In this document: in pieces, positions 50,266 to 62,450 of the stretch | Numbering within the stretch: position 1 is the first letter of the stretch | Layout of the letters: each line of letters opens with the position of its first letter | From: Selaginella moellendorffii | Taxonomy: Eukaryota > Plantae > Lycopodiophyta | Direction of reading: 5' to 3' | Assembly (NCBI RefSeq): GCF_000143415.4 | Contig: NW_003314284.1 | Span: forward strand, 602,693-666,692 | Length of the DNA stretch: 64,000 nucleotides | The notes under the pieces: model-generated | Seen by the model: the letters and a program-made list of their open reading frames with translations, nothing else | Told to the model about the DNA's origin: nothing | Database searches by the model: none | Made by a program: the position numbers and the translations under genes

Positions 50266-51115
50266 AAATGCACTGAGACAGATATTACAGCAGCAGCAGT
50301 GAGCACATTTGGCTTCTGCTTCTCGAGCATCACGTACATATTAGTGCTGGGCCAGCATGTTTGTACAGGAGGCGGGTAGGGTCTCCCAGGCATAGATATC
50401 CTTTGGGAACAAACAGAAGTCGTGTTGTACCGAACAGATCGACCATGCAGAACCAATTCGGTTGAATGTGGATGTCGGCTGTCATACTTTGGAAGGTTTC
50501 TCAGGCGGCTGCAACAGGCGCACAAAGACCATAGCATCCCTTCCCTTGGAAGATTAATATAGCCTTCTGCTTATGCCCAGCCAGGGCATAGCATGAGAAT
50601 GGTCTAGGAAGAGGTTACGAGCCCAGCATGGTTCGGTTGGCTTCAGCCATATGTATGCTGCCAGCATTGCATTTGCAGTCTACATTTTCCGTAACTTGCT
50701 TGCTCTGAGCGTAGCCACCTGACATGCTGCATTGTCGAATTCTCCGCAGCGATTCACATACAGAGTTTCCATTATTTTTATCTGCAACCAAATTTCCAGG
50801 TTCGTTTTGATGATTTGATTTTTTGGATAATCAAGGAAATTTATCTAGGACAGCTTATATACTTATTAATTTCACACGTTTCCTTATGGAATTAAGACCA
50901 CACCATATACGCAATTAGTGTTTTGGTTTTGGGCGCGGAGGTTCATCAGATCCATCGATTGCACATGGTGTAGCCTGGCTCATGCTGAGGTCGTGCCAAA
51001 CTTGGAGGTACGGGAATAGCCGGAGTACACGGGCACGCTCACTCTCCCTCAAAGCGCGAAACACAGACCTGTATAAACAAAAGCATATATAGAACGCTTA
51101 CAAACAGCGGGAGAT

Positions 51116-51805
51116 TCACCTGATAAACACCATCACGGGCATGGTGTTGATGGGAACACTTAAGCCAGCGATGCTGTCATGGTCCGTCACTATGGCTCCC
51201 AGACGTGGAGTCTCTCCGAAAGGTCCTCCACTGCTACTACTTGCACCTCCAGCTTTGAGACAGTTTACACATCGTTTGACGCACACGACATTAGATTCGC
51301 CTTTCTTCTTCTGGTGCTTCTGCACGGCGTAAGTTGTATCAGCCGACTCATTCACTCGTGCCAGCTTCTCGAACACAACATGCTCCGCACAGTTCTCGAA
51401 GTCGCGGCCCTTACTGGGCTTGGCCTCTTTATCCTCGTCGAGAAGTGCCAAGTGGAGCCTGGAATGGGTGTCATCATCAAAAGCTGAGACTTGAACTCCC
51501 AGCCTCTTCTCCACATCCTTGATGCTTACTGGATTTGGCCTACCGCCTGCCATGTCCATCCTCAAACGAACGTTAGCACCCACAACTCTCGTTCCTTGTT
51601 CCGTGATTCCACAGCACAACACATCGCTCACTTGCCCCTTCTTTGCATGCTCAATAGGAGCCTGGCGAACCAACATCCCCAAGTGCAAAATGCGCAGGAA
51701 ATGGATGAATGCGTCCCCATCGCCGAGACCTGGAATACCTTGCAATGCATTCCACAGCTTCTGAGCATCGGCAAGGTTCACCTGCTCAGAATCCTTTGAG
51801 GCCAT
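51116..51805 (-). CDS. Intronless orphan protein, putative zinc-dependent (cytidine-deaminase-fold) deaminase
   Basis: 229-aa ATG-initiated ORF; strand pair VLCCGITEQGTRVVGANV, then C139-A-E141, strand TTYAV and C179-x-x-C182. Confidence 0.6.
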   Translation of the reverse strand: MASKDSEQVNLADAQKLWNALQGIPGLGDGDAFIHFLRILHLGMLVRQAPIEHAKKGQVSDVLCCGITEQGTRVVGANVRLRMDMAGGRPNPVSIKDVEKRLGVQVSAFDDDTHSRLHLALLDEDKEAKPSKGRDFENCAEHVVFEKLARVNESADTTYAVQKHQKKKGESNVVCVKRCVNCLKAGGASSSSGGPFGETPRLGAIVTDHDSIAGLSVPINTMPVMVFIR

Positions 51806-52966
51806 GGCTTTTTGAGAAACGCCGTCCTGCTGAAGGTTTATTTATCAGATGACTCGGCGATCGTAAAGAGAGGGAGAAAAATAAAAAGAAATGTTTGACA
51901 CGTCTCATGCACAAATTGACATTCCATCAGAAAGCTATTATGTCACGCTTGAAGTTGTGATGGCGATTGAGGCCTCCAACTTGTCAGTTGATGATCTACT
52001 TCTTTAGTTCCGTCTCTGACTGCAGAAAGGTCGAGTGCTACGATGCTCCACTCAGTTTTGTGCCAATGAAAAATAAAAACTTTTAACTCATGTGCTTACC
52101 CTACAATGCTTAGCATGATCGATCTAGCTTAAAGTTCGTCAGCTGGATTTTGGAGAGGCGAAGACGGAACCTTTCTCGCGTTAAACGCACCTCTAAATCT
52201 TGAAATGCTGGGCAGACCTTGAATGAGCTTCGAAAAATTTCTAGTACCTGTTTTTGCTAATGCTCACTCTTTGAAGCTTGCACTTCTCCTCTTTGTTTAT
52301 CATTTCCTTTTCTTTTTGAATTTGCCATGCATTAGTTTCCTGAAATCTGTGGTAAGTGAATAGCAAACCTTGGTTTTCTATATGCCCAGGCCCTTCTTGC
52401 CCAATCTTGGTTTCTTTTTCTTTGGTGCAGAAACACCAGATCTGCTCGTTGAGTCTCCATCTTCCACTCCCACATCTAGTCAAAATCGACATAAACACAA
52501 ATGTCCACTGTCACTGGCCATGTGAAAGTCTCTCTCTCTCTCTAAATATAATCTTCTAACAACAGCAACGACGACTTTGTGAGTACCTCACTGCCACCAC
52601 AAACCTGCACGATGTTCTTGCCATCGTTGAACCCGTCCCCAATTCTGCCTAGTGGTAGATAAGATGATGCCCTTAGTGGGTCCTTATGGCGTGTTATTAT
52701 TGTATATATGGCAACTGAACGAGGGTCAGTATAATCAATCTACGCTGTCCAGGCTATATATTGTTATTGCAGCCCTCCAGGGGCTTTCTATCCGGCATCT
52801 CTTGACTTTGCTTGTTGTCTCCAGTGTGAGTTTGTGGTTCGCCCACTGTCCTCAAGGCTCTCAATGTTGGAGAGAAGCTGACTATGAATGAAGTGCTTGT
52901 GTCCCCAAACGCGCGCTACAAGGCTTGCTCTTGCTCATGAGCAATGACGGCGATGTCATAGCAAGT

Positions 52967-53280
52967 AGTTGGCTTAGGGTGTAAGGGATAGGATCCTAAC
53001 AATGGTATTGGAGCCCAGTTCGATTCTCGTGGCTGACGAGTGGGGCAGGAATATTCTGAAGGAATATTCAACATGGTGGATCTAGAGGGAGAACCAAGGT
53101 TTGGTAGACCCTAAGAGAAGGACCATGGTGACTAAGTATGATCGCGGACAATCATTCCCTGACGAGGGGGAAGATTGTTAGGCACCAGGTCAGAATAATA
53201 AGATAAAGAAAGGTAATGATCACCCCTTTAGCCAGTTGACTTAGGGTGTAAGGGATAGGATCTTAACATTGGTATCAGAG
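52967..53280 (+). mobile_element. TRIM-like miniature LTR element in tandem arrangement
   Basis: Partial LTR ending CCTAACA (53001); PBS TGGTATTGGAGC; ~170-bp internal region; PPT GAGGGGGAAGAT; 93-bp LTR TGTTAG...TTAACA (53176-53268); second PBS TGGTATCAGAG. Confidence 0.8.
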
Positions 53281-54715
53281 AAGAAGGTTGAAGACGCCAG
53301 TGGTGGCTACTATTTAACACTGCATGAGGACGCCACTGATTGAAAAGGAGACCATTGATATTGTTCTGTGGCAGAATGGGATTAGCGAGGCAGAAAGACC
53401 TGAATATCAGCTGGTTGTTACCAATGATCCCATGCTCTATGTCATGGTGGATGGCAAAACTGTGAACATCATTCTGGAATGAGTGCCTGACTCGAATATG
53501 TGTATGTACTTTGGGCAATGTCAAGATCTCGACATTGCAGAATTTGGACGTTTACATATATATGGTCTACCTGTTCTTTTCGTTGCTGGCCAAGATCAGC
53601 ACAAAAGAGAAGAAATCTTAAGGTATGGCCTCTCCATGTACTCTTCAATATTTTGTTTCTTTATTCCTTCACTACGATCTGCTCATATCTATCTGTAGGC
53701 AGCAGGGGGAACAACCACTGCTTGGATGTTGGACATTAGTTTGGGGACTGGGTTGCTTCAAGCATCACTCTAGACTATGGCGAGGAAGAGACAGACATTT
53801 TTCCATTCCATCTCAGTTAAAAACCACATGCCTATTCATCTAGAACAGAATTTGAACAACTCCTGGTCATTTCAGAAATAGAGGCAACGAGAGTCAATAG
53901 CTATCTCAATCGATTTCACCAGAGCAGCCAGACCTGGAGACCATCCCAGTTAAGGAGACAATGCTACACTGAGACCATTGGCCCCAATGATAGAATTGAG
54001 TTTTGTCACCCATGCGCCTGAAAGGTTTTGGATTAGGGAAAGAAATAGGCAAACTGCCTAGAGTTTCGAGATCAAGGATCTACATCGGAATTTAAATAGA
54101 ATCAAAACACCGTGTACCTGAGAGTTCAAGGGTCGGGATGAGAAACGTCTAGACTGCCCTCCACGGTTGCTTCAGAACGATATGCCAAACTTTGCTTGTA
54201 GCCATTCCTGAAGAGCTGCATCAAACCTAAACGTTGGATACAGTATAACCTGAAAGCTATTTGAACACGTATTAAATTAAAGAAGAGCGGGCCAAGTAGC
54301 CCCCGGTGATCAAACATGTTGTTATAAGCTTTCAAGGATTACTGGCCAATTGCAAGGCTATGGCGAGGAAGAGACGAAGATATTGTTCCATATCTACAGA
54401 GGGTGTGAATCCACACACACTCACACACATACGCTGTTAATTGAAAGAGGTTGTTTTCTTCTTTTTTCTTTTGGAAGCTAAGCATTAACTAACTGTAGCA
54501 ATTGCAGCATTTTTTGTCATTAAAATCTTTAAGAGATATACACTAGGTTGGTAATAAAACACAGTTGTCCATTGCCACTGGCCATGTGAAGCTTAGATGT
54601 CTGATGTTACCTCCTTGGTTGCTTTGGTGTATGACAGTACACACTTCACCCACTGACCGATGTTCAATATCATGTGGTTTTTTTCTTTAAAATAATCCTC
54701 GATCATGTCTGATTT

Positions 54716-55432
54716 TTGTCGGGGGAGATTCCATCGACCCTGGGTAACTGCCCGAGGCTACAGTCGCTCGATCTCACGCTCAACGATCTCCAAGGAAAGA
54801 TCCCGGATTCTCTGGGCCAGCCCTCCATGCTGCAAAGTCTTTCTCTTGATGTGAACTTACTTGATGGTGAGATTCCCTCGAGCCTAGCACGGTGCTCAAG
54901 GCTTGAGAAGCTTTCCTGCTGTGGCAATCGTCTCACTGGCCAGCTTCCAAGCTCCTTGGGACACGCCTCTTAATCTCAGCTACAATGGTTCCATACCAAG
55001 GGACGTTGTGAATCTCTCAAATTTGGTAGAGCTGCTCCTGGAAGAGGAATGACATCGAAGGAAAAGTTCCAACTTTTCTCTTTCCGCACGACTTGCTGCG
55101 AACAAGTTGGAATCATTTAGCTACGATTTCCAGGCCGATGGAGTCGTATGGAGGTTCTGGAACTAGGCTTCCACCAGATAACAGGCAGCATTCCATCGCA
55201 AAACTTCATCTACTTGCCAGGTTTTTGAAGCCTCATCCCAGGAATGAAATTTGAGCGCGTTGACAAACTTTGACATGGCATTCAACATGCTGCATGGGAA
55301 GTTCCTGTTTCTTTGTCCTTGTGCGTCAACATGAGCCGCATTGACATGGGCGTGAACAATTTCAGTGGCCAGCTTCTGCTGGAAATTTCCAAGCCTGAGC
55401 AGCTTCAGTTCTTTCTTATTTCGACCAACAAG
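54716..55432 (+). pseudogene. Deleted and frameshifted copy of part of the LRR-RLP (source ~32109-33063)
   Basis: SGEIPSTLGNC.RLQSLDLTLN and following sequence match at nucleotide level, with internal deletions and an abrupt 3' truncation. Confidence 0.9.
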
Positions 55433-55880
55433 CTATACAAGCTTTATTTCGTTAAAGTGAAAATTGTCATTATCCCACTTGTAAAATAAGGTTTCCAAAC
55501 CTTTATATAGTATATAAATATAACAAAATTCAACTGCATTGAGGCACATGCCATTTTATTTTAAATAAGGAAATGTCTACTCAATCACTTCTTCTCCCCC
55601 TGCCACTGCTTCACCTCTCTCTTCTCCTTGTCATCGTTGTTCAATTTCTTTCCATCCTTTTAATATTGGCTCAGTTGCTTCGAGTCTAGGTGGAGCCCAA
55701 GTCCCCATTCAATCTTTACTTTCCCCTTATTAATAAAAGAACTACGTAGACTTCCAATAACATGCTGTAACACTTCTAGTATAATGCAAATCCTCTCAAA
55801 GAATTGTCTTTTAATATTAATACAATGGCATGGAACCCCATGCCATAATAAGTTACATTTTTAAATAAATACATGCCATC

Positions 55881-58800
55881 TCAGACTGTTATTTTTTGCC
55901 TCCAACGCCTATACAATAATCTTGGAATTTCATCACTCTCCACACTATCAGGATTTAAACTCAATAGTAATGCCATCTCTTCTCTAATACGTCCACGCTC
56001 ATGTTCAGTGGTCGAAGAACCCATCCGGTTGAGCAGATTATGGAGATGCGGATAGTGCTTGGCTAGACAATATACATGCCATAAATGATGACTGGTGTCT
56101 GTCCGATCAAATGGCTTTTGATATACCATTCCATCTGCCATTTGGTTGATTTCTGCAGCCACCTCCTGGACTGGCCAGTTCTCTATCACCATCGCTCCAA
56201 GCCGTTTTGCAAGGTCCCCCAGAACATACGGTTTCTTCTCCCTAGTTTCCATACTGCAAGAGATGGGTTGCACTGCATATGTGTGCGTGTTCGCTGCAGT
56301 TTTAATCGGCGAGTCATCGATGATGAGGATTTCACTTGACCTAGCAGTCCGGTTCATCACTACAGCCTCTGGCTTGACGAAGATGGGCTTGCTACCCCTC
56401 ACATGGACCATAGTCAAGCAATCCTCCTGCGTTAGGAGAAAGTCAAATGGTAATATTACTCGCGTCTGATCGTGCATCATCTGTAGCAACGTTAATGCAT
56501 TGTGGCGCATCATGGATGTCCAAACTCCCAATTGCAAATTGAACCCGGCCCTCTGTTTTAAGTGTCGCATGGTCATTATTAGATCCCGCAGTTTCTCCCG
56601 TGTGATTAATGTGAATCTGTCTCTTTTGACCAACTTGCGACCGCAGACTTTGGAGGGTGTAGTGACATTCGAGGACGAGCCACGCTCATGGGAGAAAAGG
56701 ACATCGTTCAGATAAAAAATGATACAGTACCTTCGCCGTGACTCTGAAATGAAATGCGTCAGCATAAAAAATGGTACAAGTCAATTTTACCATCTACAAT
56801 ATTAGCGAATGGTGCTCCCGATGGTCGTTGAGAGGGTTTTGGTCGAGGAAACGTGAAGGGCGGAAATACTCTCCTCTGCAATGTGGGGTCAATCGCATCC
56901 GATGGCGTGTGGGCACATGCCATTTCAGCTGTAGACTCTGGTATAACTGGCTCAACAGTGGCATGGGGTGGTTTCGATGGCGTGTGATCACACGCCATTT
57001 CAGCTGGTGCCTCCATTGGCAAAGTGGACATGACCGAACAGGCAGTAGGGGTGGTGTAGGGAGGTTCCAACGGCGCGTAGTCAGACGATTGGGCACACGT
57101 TGAGTCCGTTGGAAATGAGGATACGACCGGCTCGGCGGCTGGGGCGGCCTCATGCGGGTCCAATGGCGCCTGGTCACCATCAGTTGGATACGTGGACAAG
57201 ATTGACTCAGTGGTATGGGCAGCATCAAGTGGAGTGTGGTCAGCTTGCTTGGCGTTGATATGGATAGTAGCCTCCACCAGCTTTGATGACTCTTGCAGGC
57301 AAGTAGAGCCCACTGGCGGATCCATATGCATGTCCAAATATCTCCCTTCGATTGAGATGGTATCCTCCCTACTGGCTACTAAAAACAAACTCATTAGCAC
57401 ATTGAATCGACTATACTGTATTTACCATCAACTGCTATTGAGGAACTAGGACCGATATCACTTGGGCGCACTGCTGATTCTGAAGGATTGGACATACGTT
57501 TCGACCCTTGATTGGCACTATCCTTCCTCGACACTAAAGGCTAGAGTTTGTATCTTAATTCAACTGAATAATCTCTACTTACTATTTGCTTTGCAACCTA
57601 CATGGACAATGTTAGAAATGGTAAAAGGTTAGGAATGGATGTACTATTATTTACCTGATGGTTTGTCTTGTATGACCTTCCTCCGTTGCTCTTTGGCCAT
57701 CTCAGGCTGGCCATCGTCGTCATCATCGTCGTCGTCGTTATTGTGATCATCACCATTGTGAGGACCATCCAAGTCCTCTTCGTCCTTCTCTTCTTCGTCC
57801 TCCTCTTCTTTGTCCTCCTCTTCGTCCTTCTGCTCTTCCTGCTCATTATCTTTCTCTGGCTCCTCATCCCCCTCCTGCATTTCTTCCATAGGCTGCTCAG
57901 GCTGGATGGCTTGTTCTTCCAGGACCATCTTGGGAAAATCATCTGGCCGAGTCTCCATCTCAAAATACAAGACATCCATAGTCTGTTTTAGTGCGTGACC
58001 TAGGACCGTATCCTCACCCGACTGTCTTAACATGGTTTCTGCACGTTCTTGCACCCTTCGAAGATGACGAGATGAGAAAAACGTGGCCCTGACTTGAAAA
58101 GCATCCCTCATCCATTGTACCTTTCCATTGAGATTGGGGAAGGGGAGTTTGCCATAGGAATCTGAGTCAGGAGGTGGTGACTGGCTGCTTTCACTCAGCC
58201 CTTGATTTGCAATGAATGGCATGAGCACACACGCCATAACTGCGAGGCATTACCTATCATCTTTTCGTTGCCCTTCTTCCTTTTCGAATCAAACGCCTCT
58301 GATCCCGACAACTGTCCAACGTGCTTTCGCTTTTTATGACCACTGTCAGTTTGAGCTTGGCTGGTGCTTGCCTGTTTTGCCTTTGAAGAAGTGTCTCTTG
58401 CAAGGAATGGCATGAGACCACACGCCATTGCAAATATAATTTGTACCTCCTTTTTTCCTATTGCTTGTCTGTTTGTCCTTCTTCGACGCACCACCAGTGC
58501 GCTTTTCAGTCCTCGTGTCTGAATATTCACAACGATCTATAATCAAAATGGCGTGAGGCCTCACGTGACCTTACCTTGTGCAAGTTGAGCTCGGCCCAAC
58601 ATGGGTATCTTCAACAGTAGCTGTTAACGCCGTTTCAGCATCTGGGGGTGGCCACGCTCCTGCATATAGAGCTTGTGAGATAACATTTAAACTTAAAGTG
58701 CGTACTCACCAAGTTCGCAGAGAAGATACTATTTTTCTTTGGCAACTGTAATTATATGCTCCATTGAAGTCACCTCTTCAATGGAGTTTGTCACCGCAAC

Positions 58801-61800
58801 ACACGGGACACCCTTGAGTAGTGCGGCTCGAAAGAATAGTCCGCCGCAGTTGTACTCGACAACGCATTTGCCCTTGGAGTCGGAAGCAGGTGACTCACCC
58901 GCTATTGCGTTGAAGACCCAGCTGAGCATTTCCCATGCTGCACCTGGAGCTTTCTCTGGATTCGAAAGCTCCATAGCCGTCTTCAGTTCCTCAGGCACGG
59001 GTAAATTGACCTCCCTCAGATCAATTCGATCGGCCTTGTCGAACGAAGCTGGGAAGTCACTCCAGTCCCACTCTACTGTAGGACCAATAACAAGGGCGAG
59101 TGTGAAGATGTGGACATTCGTCAGTATCTTCTTCTTAGCCATTATCCCATGGATCTCCTGCATCTCCTTGCCTTTCAACCGAGCCTTCACCTCGTTCAAG
59201 GCCTTCTAGAACTTGTGATAGGATTCGGAGTCGTAGATCATATAGTGGATTGAAGATTCCACCTTCGCAAGTCCCACCATTAAGTCAATGATGGAGCTGA
59301 CTTCGTCTGCATGAGTGATCTCCTCGTTTGTGAAGTCCATCACACAAAAGATGTTCTTGATCTGCTCATCTCCGCGGGAAACGATGCTCCTCCACCTTTG
59401 ATCCTCATCCGAATTCATGTATACCCAGTAAGGTTCTCGATAGGCCTCTGCTGCGGGGTCGAGTTGTTTCTGAAGCCGGCGGTCGACATCCCTCTTAATG
59501 AAATTTGGATACTGATCCAACTTCTCAGCTTTACTTTTCGTGGCATCCCGCAGCAGATCGATGAACTTGGGGGCCCCCTTCACGTACTCGTCGATGTCTT
59601 CATTTGACAACTCCAGCTCTTCCATCATCTCTTGTGTGGTGTCGATGCTCACCCTCTCCACGGCCACTTGCTCGAAGATCCAATCCTTCAATATCGCACG
59701 AGCTCTCAGAGTCGTGCACAAGTCCTCATATGTCACAATATGGCCGGGAGTCATTTTGGTCTTGTTGAAGACTACTTCACCACGTAGAAGAGCATTAGCC
59801 ACTATCAGAAAGTCGTTGTCGTCTAGAGACCGCGAGAAACGGAAGGCGTTGAGCTTCAAATCATTGGGCTTCCGGCCGTCCTCCACACCCATTGAGTTTA
59901 GCAACTCCCCGTCATGGTACCTCCTCAGCACATCTACCCATTTGTCAAAAACAACTTTTGTCGCGAGTAGAATGTTATGGATGCTGAGTGTGTCATTGAC
60001 CCCCAGTGTTTTTGAGAGAAGACTCGAGAATTCCTGCAATGGAAATGGCGTGAGGCCACATGCTATGCCACATGCAACGAGGCTTACCTGCCAGGCGCTA
60101 GTTGCTAGTGCACGTCCTTGTCCTGGTTTTTGTGGCTTCTTCAGTTGAACCCAGAGCTTCCGTGTTCGTGCCAATGTCTCGTGCAGACCCGATTTGTAGC
60201 ACGTTTCTTGCTTGACATTCTGCGCATGGGAGATGTATATGATAGATCGGAGGGGCGAGTTGCCTTTTATCAGGCGGACAACTCTTGTCTTGAAGACTTT
60301 CTTCACCTCCTCGCCCACCATAATATCCACAACTATCTCTTGCATCGCCAAGCTAGAATGCTGCCCGGAGACAGCATAGAACTGGATGTTCTGATCGTCC
60401 AACACCTTCCTATTGATCAAGTCTGGAAACCTCGTCTCGCCCTTCATTGTTCGGTAGTAGGGGATCACGTCTGCGATGTCGGGTGTTACTGGACTTGCCA
60501 GCATCTTCTGCTTCAGTTTCTCCACCCACTCATCAGATACTAGCCTGTGGTTGTATTTGCTTTGGATGTCGATACGGCTCACGTCAATTGTATATACTTT
60601 GTTGGAATAGTAACAAGTACTATTATCTGCGATGATTTTTGCTGCCTCTTCTTGCTCTTTCTACTCTTTGCAGCTCTTCTTTTTGGTGGGTGTAGTGTTT
60701 GAACCCGAGGCAATGGCATCACCGAGTAGCTTATTTTTTGGAGCAGGAGAGTCGGACGTCGGCTTGAGCTTGACCACCCTTTTCTGCTTCGGGGTAGTTT
60801 CCAGATCGACCCCCTTCCCCTTCGCTTCGCGAACTGGAGGCACTCTCAACGGCTCAATGTTGGAATATAGTTTTTGAACATCGCCATAGGTGAGGTCCGT
60901 GGATTCCATGTGATCTTCATAGACCCGCAGCATCTTTGAAATTGTGGGCCTCCTGGACAACCTCTCCCTAGCTCCCTCTAGGAATTCCTCATAGCCGCTG
61001 CCCCCCTCCGGGAAGCCGCTAGGATGTGCAAGGTGGATCTTGAAGGCGGACGCTGTCTCTACCACAAGTGCCAGTCCATATTCTTGCATGGAACTGCATG
61101 GAGTGTCTGTCACTTGGATGAGGATCCCCATGCATTCTTTTCTCCCACCATCTGTGTTGTATAGCCTCAGATCCTCGCCTTCCATCCCGAAAGTCCAATT
61201 GGTGAGCTCCTCCCCCTTCTCTGCATCCACATTGACAGTGGCTGGAAGAAGAACGCAATTCCTCGCTGTAAGGAACCAACTCGCCAAGGTGTCGTAGGCT
61301 AAAGGAACCCCGAAAGAATGACCAAAATGACAAAGAGTTCATCGGATGGGACCAAGTCGAAGATCGAGTCCAAGACCGACTCTAGGACCGAGTTCGAGAT
61401 AGAGTCCGGAATCGAGTCCAAGACCGACTCGGGGACCGAGTTCGAGTCCGAGTTCGAGACCGAGTTCGAGACGGAGTCCGAGATCCGAAATCGGGTCCGA
61501 GACCGAGTCCGAGGTCGAGTCCGAGGTCGGGTCCGAGATCGAGTCCGAGATCGAGTCCGAGACCGAATCCAAAGTCGGATCCGAAATCGGGTTCGAGATC
61601 GAGCCAGAGACTAAGTCCAAATACTAATATGGGTCAAGGGGTGAAAGCCCAAAGCGTGCGTCTCCCAGGGGGGGGGGGGGGGCTGCAGGGGGTTCCAAAA
61701 GTATAGTAGGGATAGTGAGGTCCAGGAACCAGTTTAGAAGGGACTCTCCAGTGGGGCTCCCAAACTGACTTGAGGTTGGGACTGAGACCGAGGGGCCTTG

Positions 61801-62450
61801 GGTGGGAGTGAGCATGGACTTGGTTGGTGCCGGAGGGGCCATCCAAGGAAGTGCTCAAGAGCAGCTCCCACTCCCGAAAGGGAAACCGATTGCGGTGCTC
61901 CCGGCTCATGTGGAGTGGTGCCCCACTTGAGTACCATGTGGCTCATTGGTCCTCGCCCTTCCTAGGGGCTTGGGCCTTCCTTCGGGATGGAAGTGGGGGG
62001 CGAGAGGTACCCATACCGGGCCGCTAGGCCACGGTGTTTCGCCCCGGCGTCCCGAAGCAAGTGTTGCACTCAAGACTTGGGATTTAGAGGGTCCCATGAT
62101 CAAGTCTTGTGGTACCAAAGGATGTTAGGAACCTGGAAGCTTGGTGTGCTTGGCTGCTTGTGCTTGCGGGGAGTGTAGCCAAACCTTAAGTCCAGTCTAA
62201 CCCGGGGAGGGGGATTGGGAGTGATTTGGGAATCCATGGATGGATGGCTAACACTCCGTTGCTCGTGCAGTGAGTAGCTGAGACCAAGTAGGAGCTGGTA
62301 CCATAGGCGAGAACCTTGGCAAGGGAACTTAGCAAAAGCCAAGGCGGTGTTGGGCGGATAGACGAGGTAAGCTGGCAAATTGGAAAGGAAAAATTTGTGG
62401 TTTACACTTGCCTGTTCAGAAATGCACAACAATTAGAGCTGACAGATGAA
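55881..62450 (-). pseudogene. Large multi-exon, probably TE-borne gene: N-terminal region, ParB/Srx-like, degenerate N6A/N4C-methyltransferase-like, acidic/repetitive linker, FCP1/SCP (HAD)-like
   Basis: ORFs 60661-61287, 59206-60582 and 58729-59199 share one frame broken only by TAGs. Downstream ORFs link mostly via phase-1 GT-AG introns (one junction needs a frameshift). Motifs FYAVSGQHSSLA; NPEKAP...GKCVVEYNCGG...AALLKG..CVAV; LGVWTS...TQEDC...LIIDDSPIK. Confidence 0.6.
61267..62406 (+). mobile_element. Solo LTR, family A (1140 bp)
   Basis: TGTAA...TTACA termini; flanks CTCGC (61262-61266) and CTTGC (62407-62411) form a 5-bp TSD with one C/T mismatch; homologous to 1-152 and 39346-40116. 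Confidence 0.88.
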
